From an uncultured Porphyromonadaceae bacterium (lineage in GTDB: Bacteria; Bacteroidota; Bacteroidia; Bacteroidales; Muribaculaceae), in assembly GCA_947176205.1 (NCBI GenBank), contig CAMWPX010000001.1, positions 1 through 55,078 on the forward strand: a stretch of 55,078 nucleotides of DNA, read 5' to 3'. Position 1 is the stretch's first letter. Every line of letters starts with the position of its first letter. The notes below the pieces were generated by a model. The model made no database searches and was not told where the DNA came from. It saw only the letters and a list, made by a program, of their open reading frames with translations. Below, one piece after another: positions 9,095-20,291 of this stretch. The position numbers and the translations under genes are program-made.

Positions 9095-9122
9095 AATTCT
9101 GTATAATCATTATCAAGGGCAA

Positions 9123-9154
9123 CGAATCCGCCGGGAATAAATCCGGCGGATTCG
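9123..9154 (-). terminator. GC-rich hairpin downstream of frr
   Basis: CGAATCCGCCGG-N8-CCGGCGGATTCG, with only a weak U-tract. Confidence 0.6.
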
Positions 9155-9186
9155 CTAATATGGTATATATCGAACCGACCCTATTC

Positions 9187-9744
9187 TTACACAGTAAGAA
9201 TCTCACGCTCTTTGGCAGCAAATAGTTCGTCGATTTTCTTCAGATACTTGTCGTGAAGTTTCTGAGCGGTGTTTTCAGCATCCTTCTCTACATCTTCGGG
9301 CAGACCTTGCTTCACGGCTTTCTTAAGTGCATCAATAGCGTCACGGCGAGCGTTACGCACTGAGATTTTGGCTGTTTCGGCTTCGGCTTTCGACTGCTTC
9401 ACAAGTGTCTTACGACGCTCTTCGGTAAGCGGCGGTATGCAAAGACGGATAACTTCGCCATTGTTTTCAGGCGTGATACCAAGCTCGGAATTGATGATGG
9501 CTTTCTCGATTTCCTTAAACATAGCCTTTTCCCACGGAGTTATGGCTATAGTACGTGCATCGGGCACAGAGATATTAGCCACATTGCTCACAGGAACAGT
9601 GCTGCCGTAGTATTCTACTCGGATGCCGTCGATGAGTTTGGGGCTGGCTTTACCTGCACGGATGTGTGAAAGAGCTTCGTCAAGATACTCCACTGCCATA
9701 GCCATTTTTTCCTCAGCGGGATTCAGATAATCATTTACGTCCAT
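9187..9744 (-). CDS. frr: Ribosome recycling factor
   Basis: [25 protein letters not shown]. Adjacent to pyrH. Confidence 0.98.
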   Translation of the reverse strand: MDVNDYLNPAEEKMAMAVEYLDEALSHIRAGKASPKLIDGIRVEYYGSTVPVSNVANISVPDARTIAITPWEKAMFKEIEKAIINSELGITPENNGEVIRLCIPPLTEERRKTLVKQSKAEAETAKISVRNARRDAIDALKKAVKQGLPEDVEKDAENTAQKLHDKYLKKIDELFAAKEREILTV

Positions 9745-9769
9745 AATATAATATTGTGAGGGTTAATAA

Positions 9770-10480
9770 TCAATAAACTACCGTACCTATCGGTTCACCC
9801 GCCACCACTTTGGCGAGATTGCCCGGGGTATCCATGTCAAACACCACTATGGGGAGTCCGTTTTCCTTACACAGAGCCGTAGCCGTAAGGTCCATTACCT
9901 TAAGTCCGCGCGCAAGCACTTCGTCATAAGTAATGCGGTCAAACTTCGTGGCAGTAGAGTCCTTCTCAGGGTCAGCAGTATACACGCCGTCAATGCGCGT
10001 ACCCTTGAGCATCACATCGGCACCAATCTCTATGCCGCGCAAAGCGCTGCCGGTGTCGGTGGTGAAAAACGGATTGCCTGTGCCGCCTGCCATAATGGCC
10101 ACACAACCTGATTCGATAGCCTCGATAGCGCGGCGATTGCTGTAGTGTTCACCTATGGGATACATGTTTATGGCGGTAAACACACGCGCAGGCTGACCGA
10201 TGGCTTCGAGAGCCGAGCTGAGGGCGAGCGAGTTGATAGTGGTGGCAAGCATACCCATCTGGTCACCTTTCACCCGGTCAAATCCTTTGGCTGCACCTTG
10301 CAGACCACGGAATATGTTTCCTCCGCCTATCACTATGCCCACCTGCACGCCCTGACGTACGATTTCGGCTATCTGCACGGCATAATCCGACAGGCGGTCG
10401 CGGTCTATACCGTAGCCTTGAGCGCCCATCAGTGACTCACCGCTGAGCTTAAGGAGTATTCTGTTATATTTTGATTTCAT
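9770..10480 (-). CDS. pyrH: UMP kinase
   Basis: RILLKLSGESL, GGGNIFRG, GTGNPFFTTD, DGVYTADP. Confidence 0.98.
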   Translation of the reverse strand: MKSKYNRILLKLSGESLMGAQGYGIDRDRLSDYAVQIAEIVRQGVQVGIVIGGGNIFRGLQGAAKGFDRVKGDQMGMLATTINSLALSSALEAIGQPARVFTAINMYPIGEHYSNRRAIEAIESGCVAIMAGGTGNPFFTTDTGSALRGIEIGADVMLKGTRIDGVYTADPEKDSTATKFDRITYDEVLARGLKVMDLTATALCKENGLPIVVFDMDTPGNLAKVVAGEPIGTVVY

Positions 10481-10514
10481 GACAATTATGATTCAGGTTA
10501 AACATATCCGGCTG

Positions 10515-11402
10515 TCAACTTCCGGCATTGAGCACAGGCTGGGCTGCTTCATCGGCACAAAGCACCACAAGCAGATTGCTTACCATCATAGCCTTCTTTT
10601 CCTCATCGAGCTTCACCACACCGTCAGCTTCAATACGACGCAAAGCCATATCCACCATGCTTACAGCACCTTCCACTATCTTCTCTCGTGCGGAGATTAT
10701 GGCGGCAGCCTGCTGGCGACGCAACATCACCGCAGCAATCTCGGGAGCGTATGCCAGATAATTGATACGCGCTTCCACCACCTCGATACCAGCCATCGAC
10801 AGTCGGTCATTGATTTTACGTTCGAGCAAATCATTGATTTCAGCGCCACCGTCGCGCAGAGTCAAATCCGATGAACCGGAATCGGTCTGGTCATAAGCGT
10901 AATGCCCGGTAACCTCACGCAGAGCCGCATCGCTCTGGATGCTTACGAATGACGAAGCACCCACGGATGAATCGAGGTCAAACACCACTTTGTAAGTATC
11001 TGATATCTTCCACACCAGCACCATACCGATAAGCACGGGATTACCCACCTTATCATTCACCTTTATAGGCTGAATGTCAAGATTGCGGATACGCAGCGAC
11101 AGCTTCCTGCAGCTCATCAAAGGATTAATCCAGTAGAAACCTACCTGACGTATAGTACCTTTATATTTGCCGAAAAATATTGCCACTCGCGCTTCATTAG
11201 GCTCCTGCGTGAAATAGCCTTTTGACAGAAAACAAAACACTATCACACCAGCCACTATAATTCCCACCGCCAGCTGCTCATTCTCCTCAAACTGGCTGAA
11301 AGCGCCCCACAGCACCAAGGCAGGGAGCAGGATAAAGTTGACCAGCAACATCAGAAAGCCACTGACCACCGTACCCCTGTATTCGTATTCTTCGCTATGC
11401 AT
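10515..11402 (-). CDS. SPFH/band-7 domain membrane protein
   Basis: Two N-terminal TMs. KVNDKVGNP, LAYAPEIAAVMLRRQQA, VSNLLVVLC. Confidence 0.9.
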   Translation of the reverse strand: MHSEEYEYRGTVVSGFLMLLVNFILLPALVLWGAFSQFEENEQLAVGIIVAGVIVFCFLSKGYFTQEPNEARVAIFFGKYKGTIRQVGFYWINPLMSCRKLSLRIRNLDIQPIKVNDKVGNPVLIGMVLVWKISDTYKVVFDLDSSVGASSFVSIQSDAALREVTGHYAYDQTDSGSSDLTLRDGGAEINDLLERKINDRLSMAGIEVVEARINYLAYAPEIAAVMLRRQQAAAIISAREKIVEGAVSMVDMALRRIEADGVVKLDEEKKAMMVSNLLVVLCADEAAQPVLNAGS

Positions 11403-11415
11403 AGTCTCTTACGGA

Positions 11416-12129
11416 TTAGTCTCTGTCGCCGAAGAAACGGAGAAGGTACAGGAACAGGTTGATAAAGTCAAGATACAGATTAAGTGCGCCGATAGTAGCA
11501 AGTTTGCCAACTGATTCATCGGGAGCCATCATAGCCATATTCTTGATTTGCTGAGTATCCCAAGCGGTAAGACCGATAAAAATCAGCACACCGGCACCGG
11601 AGATAATCAACTCCATGGTAGTGCTGTGAAGGAACCAGTTGATAACAGCACATATAATCAGACCTATGAGAGCCATGAACAGAATCGAGCCCCACTTGGC
11701 AAGATTCTGAGTGGTGAAAAATCCATAAACGCTCATCGCTCCGAATACAGCAGCCGCAATAAAGAATGTCTTATAAATCGAGGTCTCGGTATAAATCATG
11801 AAGATGGGGAACAATGCCAGACCGTTGACCACCGAAAAGAGCAGAAACAGCAACGTGGCTGTGGATGACGACATCTTGTTGATAGCGCCCGAAATGGCTA
11901 TCACCAGCCCCACTTCTACTATAAGAAGAATCCACGGTGCCCACGAAGTGCTTGTGTAAAGATTAAGCACAGCCTGTGACTGGCTTGCGAAATAAGCGGT
12001 AAACGCAGTGATAATCAGTCCAAGAAACATTTTCACATACACACGCTTCATAATGGAAGTGACGCGTGTATCCAGCGCAGCCGAATCGCCACCCTGAGAA
12101 TAGTAGTTACGATAATTGTCTGTATTCAT
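11416..12129 (-). CDS. Bax inhibitor-1/YccA family membrane protein
   Basis: Seven TMs. TAWDTQQIK, ALNLYLDFINLFLYLLR. Confidence 0.93.
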   Translation of the reverse strand: MNTDNYRNYYSQGGDSAALDTRVTSIMKRVYVKMFLGLIITAFTAYFASQSQAVLNLYTSTSWAPWILLIVEVGLVIAISGAINKMSSSTATLLFLLFSVVNGLALFPIFMIYTETSIYKTFFIAAAVFGAMSVYGFFTTQNLAKWGSILFMALIGLIICAVINWFLHSTTMELIISGAGVLIFIGLTAWDTQQIKNMAMMAPDESVGKLATIGALNLYLDFINLFLYLLRFFGDRD

Positions 12130-12162
12130 ATCTATCTTATTTTATATTCTTAATTAAAAACA

Positions 12163-13950
12163 TCACATTCTTTCAGGCACCTGTATGCCCAACAATGACA
12201 TAGCCGAACGTACCGTGTCAGCAGTAACACGCGACAGGGTCAGACGCAGCGAGCGTACATTCTCATCATTTTCACGCAGTATCGAGCAGTCATGATAGAA
12301 CTGATTGTACTCCTTGACCAACTCATAAGCGTAATTGGCTATCAACGCCGGTGAGTAGTTTCTTCCAGCCTCAGCCACCACCGAAGGGAAATCGGCAAGA
12401 CGCTGAATCAAAGCTATCTCACGTTCTCCGGGCTTTACGCTCAGATAATCGGTTATCTTCATGCCCGCTTCCTCAGCCTTACGGAGCACAGAGCAGATAC
12501 GCGCATAAGTATATTGTATGAACGGACCGGTATTGCCGTTGAAGTCTATTGACTCCTTGGGGTTAAACATCATATTGCGGCGCGGATCCACCTTAAGCAG
12601 GAAGTACTTCAAGGCTCCCATGCCCACCATTTCGGTTATCTGCTTTATTTCTTCATCAGTGCAGCCGTCAAGTTTTCCAAGCTCCTCGCTCACCTCACGG
12701 GCGGTAGTCACCATCTCGTTCATAAGGTCATCGGCATCCACCACCGTACCCTCACGTGACTTCATTTTACCCTGAGGCAATTCCACCATACCGTAAGAGA
12801 AATGCACAAGGTCTTTACCCCACTTGAATCCGAGCCGGTCAAGCAAAAGCGAAAGCACCTGGAAGTGATAATTCTGCTCATTGCCCACCACATAAATCAT
12901 CTTGTCGATAGGATAATCGTCATAACGCATCTTGGCAGTACCGATATCCTGAGTCATGTACACCGATGTACCGTCGCTGCGTAGAAGCAGTTTGTGGTCA
13001 AGTCCCTCAGCCGTAAGGTCAGCCCACACCGAGCCATCTTCCCGCCTGTACATCTTGCCGGCTTCAAGACCCTCAAGTACTTTTTCCTTACCCTGCAGAT
13101 ATGTATCGCTCTCATAGTAGATTTTATCAAAATCCACGCCGAGCCGCTTATAAGTCTCATCAAATCCGGCATATACCCACTCGTTCATCATTTGCCAGAG
13201 CGAACGCACCTCAGCATCGCCGCTTTCCCATGCACGCAACATGGCTCGCGCCTCGTTCATCAACGGTGAAGCAGCCGCTGCCTCCTCTTCACTCATTCCT
13301 TTGGCTTGCAACTCGGCGAGCTCAGCCTTATAATGCTTATCAAAAAGCACATAAAAATCACCGATAAGATGGTCACCCTTTACACCCATACTCTCCGGAG
13401 TGGCACCATTGCCCCACTTCTTCCATGCAAGCATCGACTTGCATATATGAATGCCTCGGTCATTTACGATATTGGTCTTTATCACCCGGTTGCCACATGC
13501 CTTCAGAATTTCGGCAAGTGAAAAACCGAGCAGATTGTTACGCACATGCCCCAGATGAAGCGGCTTATTGGTATTGGGTGAAGAATACTCCACCATTACC
13601 AGCGGTGATTCATCGGTCACAGCCTTAAATCCGTAGTTAGGAGTATGTGCTATATGATTGAGAACAGATGACCAGAACGAAGGCTCTATAACAATATTAA
13701 GAAAGCCCTTGATGACATTGAATCGGTCAACAGCCGGCTCATTTTCCACCAGCCACTCGCCTATCTCCGTACCCACTGCTTCGGGTGATTTTCTTGCTGC
13801 CTTCACCCAAGGGAAAACCACTATGGTTAGATTACCCTCAAACTCCTTCTTAGTGGTCTGAGGTTGTATCGATGCCGCATCGACATCCACCGAGTAAAGC
13901 TCTTTTACAGCCTTAGCCACGGCTTGCGCTATTATATCATCTATCGACAT
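12163..13950 (-). CDS. argS: Arginine--tRNA ligase
   Basis: EYSSPNTNKPLHLGH, KMKSREG, GNTGPFIQY, C-terminal PERM. Confidence 0.98.
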   Translation of the reverse strand: MSIDDIIAQAVAKAVKELYSVDVDAASIQPQTTKKEFEGNLTIVVFPWVKAARKSPEAVGTEIGEWLVENEPAVDRFNVIKGFLNIVIEPSFWSSVLNHIAHTPNYGFKAVTDESPLVMVEYSSPNTNKPLHLGHVRNNLLGFSLAEILKACGNRVIKTNIVNDRGIHICKSMLAWKKWGNGATPESMGVKGDHLIGDFYVLFDKHYKAELAELQAKGMSEEEAAAASPLMNEARAMLRAWESGDAEVRSLWQMMNEWVYAGFDETYKRLGVDFDKIYYESDTYLQGKEKVLEGLEAGKMYRREDGSVWADLTAEGLDHKLLLRSDGTSVYMTQDIGTAKMRYDDYPIDKMIYVVGNEQNYHFQVLSLLLDRLGFKWGKDLVHFSYGMVELPQGKMKSREGTVVDADDLMNEMVTTAREVSEELGKLDGCTDEEIKQITEMVGMGALKYFLLKVDPRRNMMFNPKESIDFNGNTGPFIQYTYARICSVLRKAEEAGMKITDYLSVKPGEREIALIQRLADFPSVVAEAGRNYSPALIANYAYELVKEYNQFYHDCSILRENDENVRSLRLTLSRVTADTVRSAMSLLGIQVPERM

Positions 13951-13992
13951 TGCTGTATGTAATTATATTCTGTTATGTTAGGAATGACAAAT

Positions 13993-15297
13993 TTACACAT
14001 TTTCTTCATTATTCTCAGCACGCTTGTCAAGCAGTGACTGAAAAAGTTCGGCATACTCGCGTGAAATGCGTGCGAAGGAGAATTTGTCACGCACCTCCTG
14101 ATGCAGCACTTCGGGATTGATGGGATTGGTAAACGCCCATTCTATGCCTCGCGCCACATCCTGTGAATTTTTGTATTCGGCTATATAACCGGTTTTCAGA
14201 TGAGTGAGTATATCACTTTGTCCACCTTTACCAAAAGTCACAGGCACACATCCGGCAGCCATACCTTCTACCAATGTTCCTGGCAAGGTCTCGTAAAGCG
14301 AAGTGGACAACACCACACACGACCGCGCATAAAACTCGCGCAACAACGACGGATCCTGCACCTTGCCTATGAAGCGATGCGGAAAACGCAACTTACCGAA
14401 CACCGACTTGTCACGCACACCGCCGAAGAACAACGCTTCGGTATCACGTGCCAATTCCGGATTGTTATCAAACAGATAGTTGAGCGCCTCTATAGCGTAT
14501 CGTAACCCCTTGATAGGGTCATCAAGCCGCACCGCACCCATTATGATGACATTTTTCTTAAAAGCCAGATTTTTAAGCTGTACAGTGGTATCCACAGTAA
14601 ATGACTCCACCGGGAAAGCATTGTTAATCACCCTCACATCAGCATCACGCATCAGGGAGCTCTCCTTGCATTTCTCGGCAAGCCAATGACTGACAGCCAC
14701 AAAAGTTATATTACCACTATCATAAAGTTTTTTCTTCTTAAGCCATATCTTATGCGATAAATCCTTAGAATTTGTACCTAAAAGATACTGACAATTACCG
14801 CATTGAGCCTTGTATCCCCTGCACTCATAGGCGTGATGGCATATACCTGTCAGATTCCACATATCATGCATGGTCCACACCACGGGTTTACCCATAGCAG
14901 CGAGTTTACCAATCTCCTTGAGCGACATCATGCCTTGGTTCACCCAGCTGAGCATCACCACATCAGCCTCCCTCACCCATGGATGACGGTGGACTGACAT
15001 ACCCACATTGGCTATCGACACCTTAAACAGATTCTTACGTGAAAAGCCGTTGGACAGAGCTATGCGCCCATGCTCCAGCATAAATGTAAGTCCGCGGAAA
15101 AATCTGTGTCCTACTTTCATCACATTAGGGTCGTCACCGGTCTTTGTAAACACTACCATACGGGCATCGATTCCCAACATACGCAAGGCATACATCAGCC
15201 GGTAAGTCACCACTGAGGCTCCGCCCAACAAATCGCTGTGACACACCAGAGCCACTTTCATGGCATTTTCAGGCAATTCGCTACGGTTTGTTTCCAT
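13993..15297 (-). CDS. GT4 (WcaC-like) glycosyltransferase
   Basis: GGA, VWTMHDMWNLTGICH, ETLPGTLVEGMAAG. Confidence 0.88.
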   Translation of the reverse strand: METNRSELPENAMKVALVCHSDLLGGASVVTYRLMYALRMLGIDARMVVFTKTGDDPNVMKVGHRFFRGLTFMLEHGRIALSNGFSRKNLFKVSIANVGMSVHRHPWVREADVVMLSWVNQGMMSLKEIGKLAAMGKPVVWTMHDMWNLTGICHHAYECRGYKAQCGNCQYLLGTNSKDLSHKIWLKKKKLYDSGNITFVAVSHWLAEKCKESSLMRDADVRVINNAFPVESFTVDTTVQLKNLAFKKNVIIMGAVRLDDPIKGLRYAIEALNYLFDNNPELARDTEALFFGGVRDKSVFGKLRFPHRFIGKVQDPSLLREFYARSCVVLSTSLYETLPGTLVEGMAAGCVPVTFGKGGQSDILTHLKTGYIAEYKNSQDVARGIEWAFTNPINPEVLHQEVRDKFSFARISREYAELFQSLLDKRAENNEENV

Positions 15298-15386
15298 ACT
15301 CTATTCTCTGATAAGGGGGTAATTAATTTTTACTCTTATTATATCCCGCACAGGGCGATTTTTTTATCTTTTAATTTTAACTGTTA

Positions 15387-16901
15387 CTATTGCACAATCC
15401 GGTGTCTTTTAGGTATCAGTCGGGTGATACTCCTGAAGCTCAGACGCTCCACCCTCATCACCATGTAAAGATAGGCACACAGCATCAGCGTACGCACAGG
15501 TATTTCTATCCATAGATTATCCACCACCCGATGCAAACCCACCGATACTCCGTAGAGCATCAATGCCGTGAGAAAATATAATGTCAACCTGCCCACACCA
15601 TAACCTATAGGATATTTCACACGACCTACGGCGTAGGACGTGACCATCATCACACCATAGCATGCCAGAGCCGCCCACGCACAACCCATATATCCTATAT
15701 GCGGTACCAACAACACATTAAGCGCCACCGTAACGCCTAATCCGAGCAGAGAAAACCACATACCCCAATGCGTACGGTCAGTAAGCTTATACCATAACGA
15801 CAGGTTAAAGAACACTCCGAAGAAAAATTCAGCTATCATTATCACAGGCACTACTTTAAGTCCGCTGAAATAATCACTGGCTATGAAATAACGCAGAAAA
15901 TCCAGATAAAACATAACCACAAGGAATATCACCATGGCGAATATCACAAACCACTTCATGGCATCGCGATAACCCTGAAGGCGGCTTTCACCACGTTCCT
16001 TGTTCTGAGCGAATATAAACGGCTCATAAGCAAACCTAAACGCCTGTATAAACATCACCATTACTATAGCTATCTTATAGTTGGCACCATATATACCCAC
16101 CTCGGTCATTCCCTGTTCCGGGTCTGCTACCAATCCCGGAAGCAGTATCTTGTCAATGGTCTGATTCATTATACCGGCTACACCAAGCACCAGCAGCGGG
16201 AGTGAATACACTATCATCTCCTTCCACAGCTTGAAGTCAAAGCGCCACTTGAAACCGCGCAACTCCGGATAAAGCACCACAAGATTAAATAACGAACTTA
16301 TAAAGTTGGCAAGAAATATATATCCTATCCCGAAGGTAGGGTCATAAAACCAATCAATCGTAGCCGGGGCCACCTTCCACAACCACGGACATAGCAGAAT
16401 GAAGAACAGATTCAACCCGATGTTCAATCCTATATTCAGACACTTCAGCGTAGCAAACCGCATGGCACGGTGCCTGTAACGCAGATATGAAAACGGCATA
16501 GCCGTAAACGCATCAAGGGCTACCGCAGCCCCCATAAGAGCTATATACGAAGTGTGATGCGACGAATGCAGTAAATAACTCAAAGGAGTCACAAACCACA
16601 ATACACCTATTATAAAGAGCGATGATGTAGTGGCAAGCGACACCAGCGAGGTCGAATACACCACCATCGGGTCAGGATAGCGTTCATGATTGGCAAAACG
16701 GAAAAAACCCGTCTCCATACCATAAATAAGCACCACCAGCACAAGTGCCACATAGGAATATATATAGGTAACCACACCGTATTCCTCGGCAAGAAATGTC
16801 TGGGTATAGAGCGGCACGAGACACCAATTGAGAAATCGCCCCAATATGCTGCTCAGTCCATATACCACCGTATCCTTGGCTAAACTTTTAACTCCGCTCA
16901 T
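15387..16901 (-). CDS. Polysaccharide flippase (MOP/Wzx-like)
   Basis: LAKDTVVYGLSSILGR, multiple TMs, VGIYGANYKIA. Confidence 0.85.
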   Translation of the reverse strand: MSGVKSLAKDTVVYGLSSILGRFLNWCLVPLYTQTFLAEEYGVVTYIYSYVALVLVVLIYGMETGFFRFANHERYPDPMVVYSTSLVSLATTSSLFIIGVLWFVTPLSYLLHSSHHTSYIALMGAAVALDAFTAMPFSYLRYRHRAMRFATLKCLNIGLNIGLNLFFILLCPWLWKVAPATIDWFYDPTFGIGYIFLANFISSLFNLVVLYPELRGFKWRFDFKLWKEMIVYSLPLLVLGVAGIMNQTIDKILLPGLVADPEQGMTEVGIYGANYKIAIVMVMFIQAFRFAYEPFIFAQNKERGESRLQGYRDAMKWFVIFAMVIFLVVMFYLDFLRYFIASDYFSGLKVVPVIMIAEFFFGVFFNLSLWYKLTDRTHWGMWFSLLGLGVTVALNVLLVPHIGYMGCAWAALACYGVMMVTSYAVGRVKYPIGYGVGRLTLYFLTALMLYGVSVGLHRVVDNLWIEIPVRTLMLCAYLYMVMRVERLSFRSITRLIPKRHRIVQ

Positions 16902-16922
16902 GCTCTTTCTGTAATTATAGGT

Positions 16923-17960
16923 CTAAAATAGCGAGCCGGTGTCAGGCGTACGTTTATGTCCCAGATGCACATAAGCAAGCTCTGTCACCTCGCGTCCGCG
17001 TGGAGTACGCTTTATAAACCCCTCTTTGATAAGAAACGGCTCATACACCTCTTCGATAGTACCCGGGTCCTCACCCAAAGCCGTGGCAATGGTGCCAAGC
17101 CCCACGGGTCCGCCTTTGAACTTGGTGATTATCGTGGTAAGTATCTTATTGTCTATCTCATCGAGTCCGTAGCGGTCAATATTAAGTGCTTCAAGCGCAT
17201 AGCAGGCAATTTCGGGCTCTATCACTCCGGAGCCTTTCACCTGTGCGAAATCGCGTACACGGCGCAGCAAGGCATTGGCAATACGTGGTGTGCCACGGCT
17301 GCGTAATGCTATCTCATGAGCCGCCGAAGGCAGACATTTCACTCCGAGCAGACCCGCCGAACGCAAGATTATACGCTCCAGTACCTCATGGTCATAATAC
17401 TCCAGATGGCAGTTGATTCCGAACCTGGCTCTCAGAGGCGATGTCAGCAACCCGCTTCGTGTAGTGGCACCTATGAGTGTAAACGGCGACAGGCTCAGCT
17501 GTACGCTGCGCGCTCCGGGACCTTTGTCTATCATTATGTCTATGCGGTAATCCTCCATGGCGGAATACAGGTACTCTTCCACCACCGGGCTCAGGCGATG
17601 AATCTCATCGATGAACAGTACATCGTTTTCCTCCAGCGATGTAAGTATGCCCGCCAAATCGCCCGGCTTATCCAGCACCGGACCTGAAGTGACCTTAAAT
17701 CCTACCCCGAGCTCATTGGCTATGATTCCTGAGAGCGTGGTCTTGCCCAGCCCGGGAGGTCCGTGAAGCAGCAAATGGTCAAGTGCTTCGCCTCGCATAC
17801 GGGCGGCGGCTACAAACACTTTCAGGTTTTCCACCACCTTGTCCTGTCCGCTGAACGAATCGAATTCCGAGGGGCGCAAAGCCTTCTCTATATCCTTTTC
17901 GCCCTGCGGCATCCCGTAACCTTCACGGGCTGCACGTATGTCAAAATCATCTTCTGTCAT
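16923..17960 (-). CDS. ruvB: Holliday junction branch migration helicase RuvB
   Basis: [42 protein letters not shown]. Confidence 0.98.
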   Translation of the reverse strand: MTEDDFDIRAAREGYGMPQGEKDIEKALRPSEFDSFSGQDKVVENLKVFVAAARMRGEALDHLLLHGPPGLGKTTLSGIIANELGVGFKVTSGPVLDKPGDLAGILTSLEENDVLFIDEIHRLSPVVEEYLYSAMEDYRIDIMIDKGPGARSVQLSLSPFTLIGATTRSGLLTSPLRARFGINCHLEYYDHEVLERIILRSAGLLGVKCLPSAAHEIALRSRGTPRIANALLRRVRDFAQVKGSGVIEPEIACYALEALNIDRYGLDEIDNKILTTIITKFKGGPVGLGTIATALGEDPGTIEEVYEPFLIKEGFIKRTPRGREVTELAYVHLGHKRTPDTGSLF

Positions 17961-18562
17961 TTGCCATTGTAAAGCACCGGATTAGTATCCGGGTCGTTAT
18001 ACATTTTCATCTGGCGGTATACTTTCATATACTTACGCCCATGCTCTATATCGTCGAGAAGCTGATTGATAGCCGTAGTAAGGTCGGCAAGCTGCTCACG
18101 GAGCACAGCAAGCTTTGCACTACACTTGGCTATATGTTCCTCCGAAGCGTCATTGCGCTCTATCTCACGTTCCATGTGATAGATTTTAAGTGCCAGTATC
18201 GACAGACGGTCAAGCGCCCATGCCGGACTCTCCGTATTGATTGTGGCATCAGCAAGCGGCTTAACATCGGCATATTTTTCACGAAAATACGTATCAAGTT
18301 CCTCAACCATATCCGTGCGGTCTTGATTTGAAGCGTCAATACGTCGCTTCAGCGCAAGGGCTGCCACCGGCTCTATGGCGGGGTCGCGTATTATATCCTC
18401 CAGATGCCACTGAACGGCATCTATCATATTTTTGGCGTACAGCGTATGCTCTATCGTACCCGCGGCGTATGGATTGACCACCACGGCATCCACATCATCA
18501 GTCAGATGATAATCATGAGTCGAACGCTCGAATATCTCGTAACATTTATCGGCAAATTTCAT
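17957..18562 (-). CDS. DUF4254-family protein
   Basis: [50 protein letters not shown]. Confidence 0.8.
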   Translation of the reverse strand: MKFADKCYEIFERSTHDYHLTDDVDAVVVNPYAAGTIEHTLYAKNMIDAVQWHLEDIIRDPAIEPVAALALKRRIDASNQDRTDMVEELDTYFREKYADVKPLADATINTESPAWALDRLSILALKIYHMEREIERNDASEEHIAKCSAKLAVLREQLADLTTAINQLLDDIEHGRKYMKVYRQMKMYNDPDTNPVLYNGK

Positions 18563-18597
18563 AATACCAAGTGTTTTTTAAGTTTTCAGATAATTGT

Positions 18598-20151
18598 TTA
18601 TTTTTTAGGTCGTGGAGCAGTATTAGGTTCCACAGGCTGATATCGCTCTATGGCTTTCATCACCTGATACAAATCCACCTTATCGGTAATTCCCATATTC
18701 TTCAGAGCCTTTACATTGCTCGCCTCGTTAGGGGTATTCTTAGCTTTCCACAGAAGCTCCATCACTAATAAAGCCGTCTTATTGGTAGCTCTGCCCACAG
18801 TGGCGAAATAATCATGTGACGCCACAACTTCTATATCACCGGCAGCCAGTGCGTCAATAAGTGCGCCATAGAGCGATGTCGACAGTTTAGCGCGTTCCCA
18901 ACGGTTGGTCGAGTTAAGATAAGCAGCATCCTTTTTCACAGCAGCTGTATCTACAACCGCTAACGGCTCCTCAGCCACGGCTGTTTCCACAGGCACAGGC
19001 TGCACGTCTGCCACCTCCAAAGCTACACCCTCAGGCGCTTGCTCTATCATAGATTGCGTGCTTTCATCCGACTTTGCTTCTGACCCGGATTTATATTCCT
19101 TAATCAAAAACCACCCCAGCCATATCAGTCCGGCGGCAACTAAAGCTACCAAGAGCCATCGAAGAGTAATTGACAACCATTTACGGTTATTTCCATCCTC
19201 AACATATTCCTCCGCCACATCCGTTTCTACTGATTCCTCTTCAGATTCAGTCTCTACGACGGTGACTGTAGTTTCAGCAGCAGCAACCAGACTGACAGCA
19301 GTCACAGGCGGAGCCGGCATTTCTACCTGTGTGTGCAAATCCACATTAAATGTCTCGCCACGGCGTCCCAAGACTCCCCTTGCATGAAAACCATGGAAAC
19401 ATCCACCGCGGAGATTCTGGTATTCATCGCCGTTTTTCTCCATATCAAGCGGAACTTCTATCACCCTGTCATCACCGAAATCAAGACACAGCACCACCGA
19501 TTGATTCTCCACATCCGGCTCAGCGGCACAAACGTTCCTGTCAAGCGGAGTTGTAATGACCGGCAGCGTGGAATCAGGCTGCAGACGGGCATCGGCAGGA
19601 TACACCAGCACAGCCTTGTAATCCATATACGCCGGCTGGTCAGGATAACTCAATATATCGGACAACTCGGTGCGCGAACTATAGCTTCGGCAACATATAC
19701 TGCGGGCTGAGTCATTGACTTTATACGCATCGCTGCAATGGCGTGGCGTTACAGAAAATCCCGATTGTGCTATCAATCCCTCTATAACACCGTCTGTAAG
19801 TTCACCTCCGGCAGCTATACGGGTTCTGACGGCTCCAAACAGATTGATTACCGAACCACCTTCCACCTGTATATCCGCATCCATTCGCACGTTTACCAGC
19901 AATGAAGCCCCGTCATGTCCCGGTGTAAGCACAAAAAACATCAGATTACGTTTTCCGCTTCCCTGCCACATCATGTAGCCTTCGTCCAGAGCCACGAAAT
20001 GAGTGGCTATATCACGCAACGATGGCAACGACACTATGGGCGCTCCGTTAAAGCTCTTATGTACCGGCACACCGTCGGCACCCTTGAAACTTATGGCTAT
20101 ATCCAAATAAGCATATCTTTGTTCCATATCCTGATATGATTCTGACTGCAT
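18598..20151 (-). CDS. Hypothetical single-pass membrane protein
   Basis: 517-aa ORF with an acidic low-complexity linker, one TM (WLLVALVAAGLIWLGWFLI) and a helical C-terminal domain. Confidence 0.7.
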   Translation of the reverse strand: MQSESYQDMEQRYAYLDIAISFKGADGVPVHKSFNGAPIVSLPSLRDIATHFVALDEGYMMWQGSGKRNLMFFVLTPGHDGASLLVNVRMDADIQVEGGSVINLFGAVRTRIAAGGELTDGVIEGLIAQSGFSVTPRHCSDAYKVNDSARSICCRSYSSRTELSDILSYPDQPAYMDYKAVLVYPADARLQPDSTLPVITTPLDRNVCAAEPDVENQSVVLCLDFGDDRVIEVPLDMEKNGDEYQNLRGGCFHGFHARGVLGRRGETFNVDLHTQVEMPAPPVTAVSLVAAAETTVTVVETESEEESVETDVAEEYVEDGNNRKWLSITLRWLLVALVAAGLIWLGWFLIKEYKSGSEAKSDESTQSMIEQAPEGVALEVADVQPVPVETAVAEEPLAVVDTAAVKKDAAYLNSTNRWERAKLSTSLYGALIDALAAGDIEVVASHDYFATVGRATNKTALLVMELLWKAKNTPNEASNVKALKNMGITDKVDLYQVMKAIERYQPVEPNTAPRPKK

Positions 20152-20238
20152 TAATTTACAAATTTAACGAAAATAATTTGACTGCACCTCACCATTAGGA
20201 TATTTTCGCAATCGCAATGTGGCGTTTTCACACATAAA

Positions 20239-20266
20239 AAGGGGTGCGATACAAATCGCACCCCTT
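20239..20266 (-). terminator. Intrinsic terminator of the TonB receptor/lipoprotein operon
   Basis: AAGGGGTGCGAT-ACAA-ATCGCACCCCTT followed by a T-run on the minus strand. Confidence 0.85.
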
Positions 20267-20291
20267 AAAATAGTGATATTTTACTTTCTGA

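Noticed and set aside
13993-16901. Glycosyltransferase plus flippase as a capsule locus
   Set aside because: Only two genes, within a housekeeping run next to ruvB and argS, with no upxY, wzy, wza or nucleotide-sugar genes.
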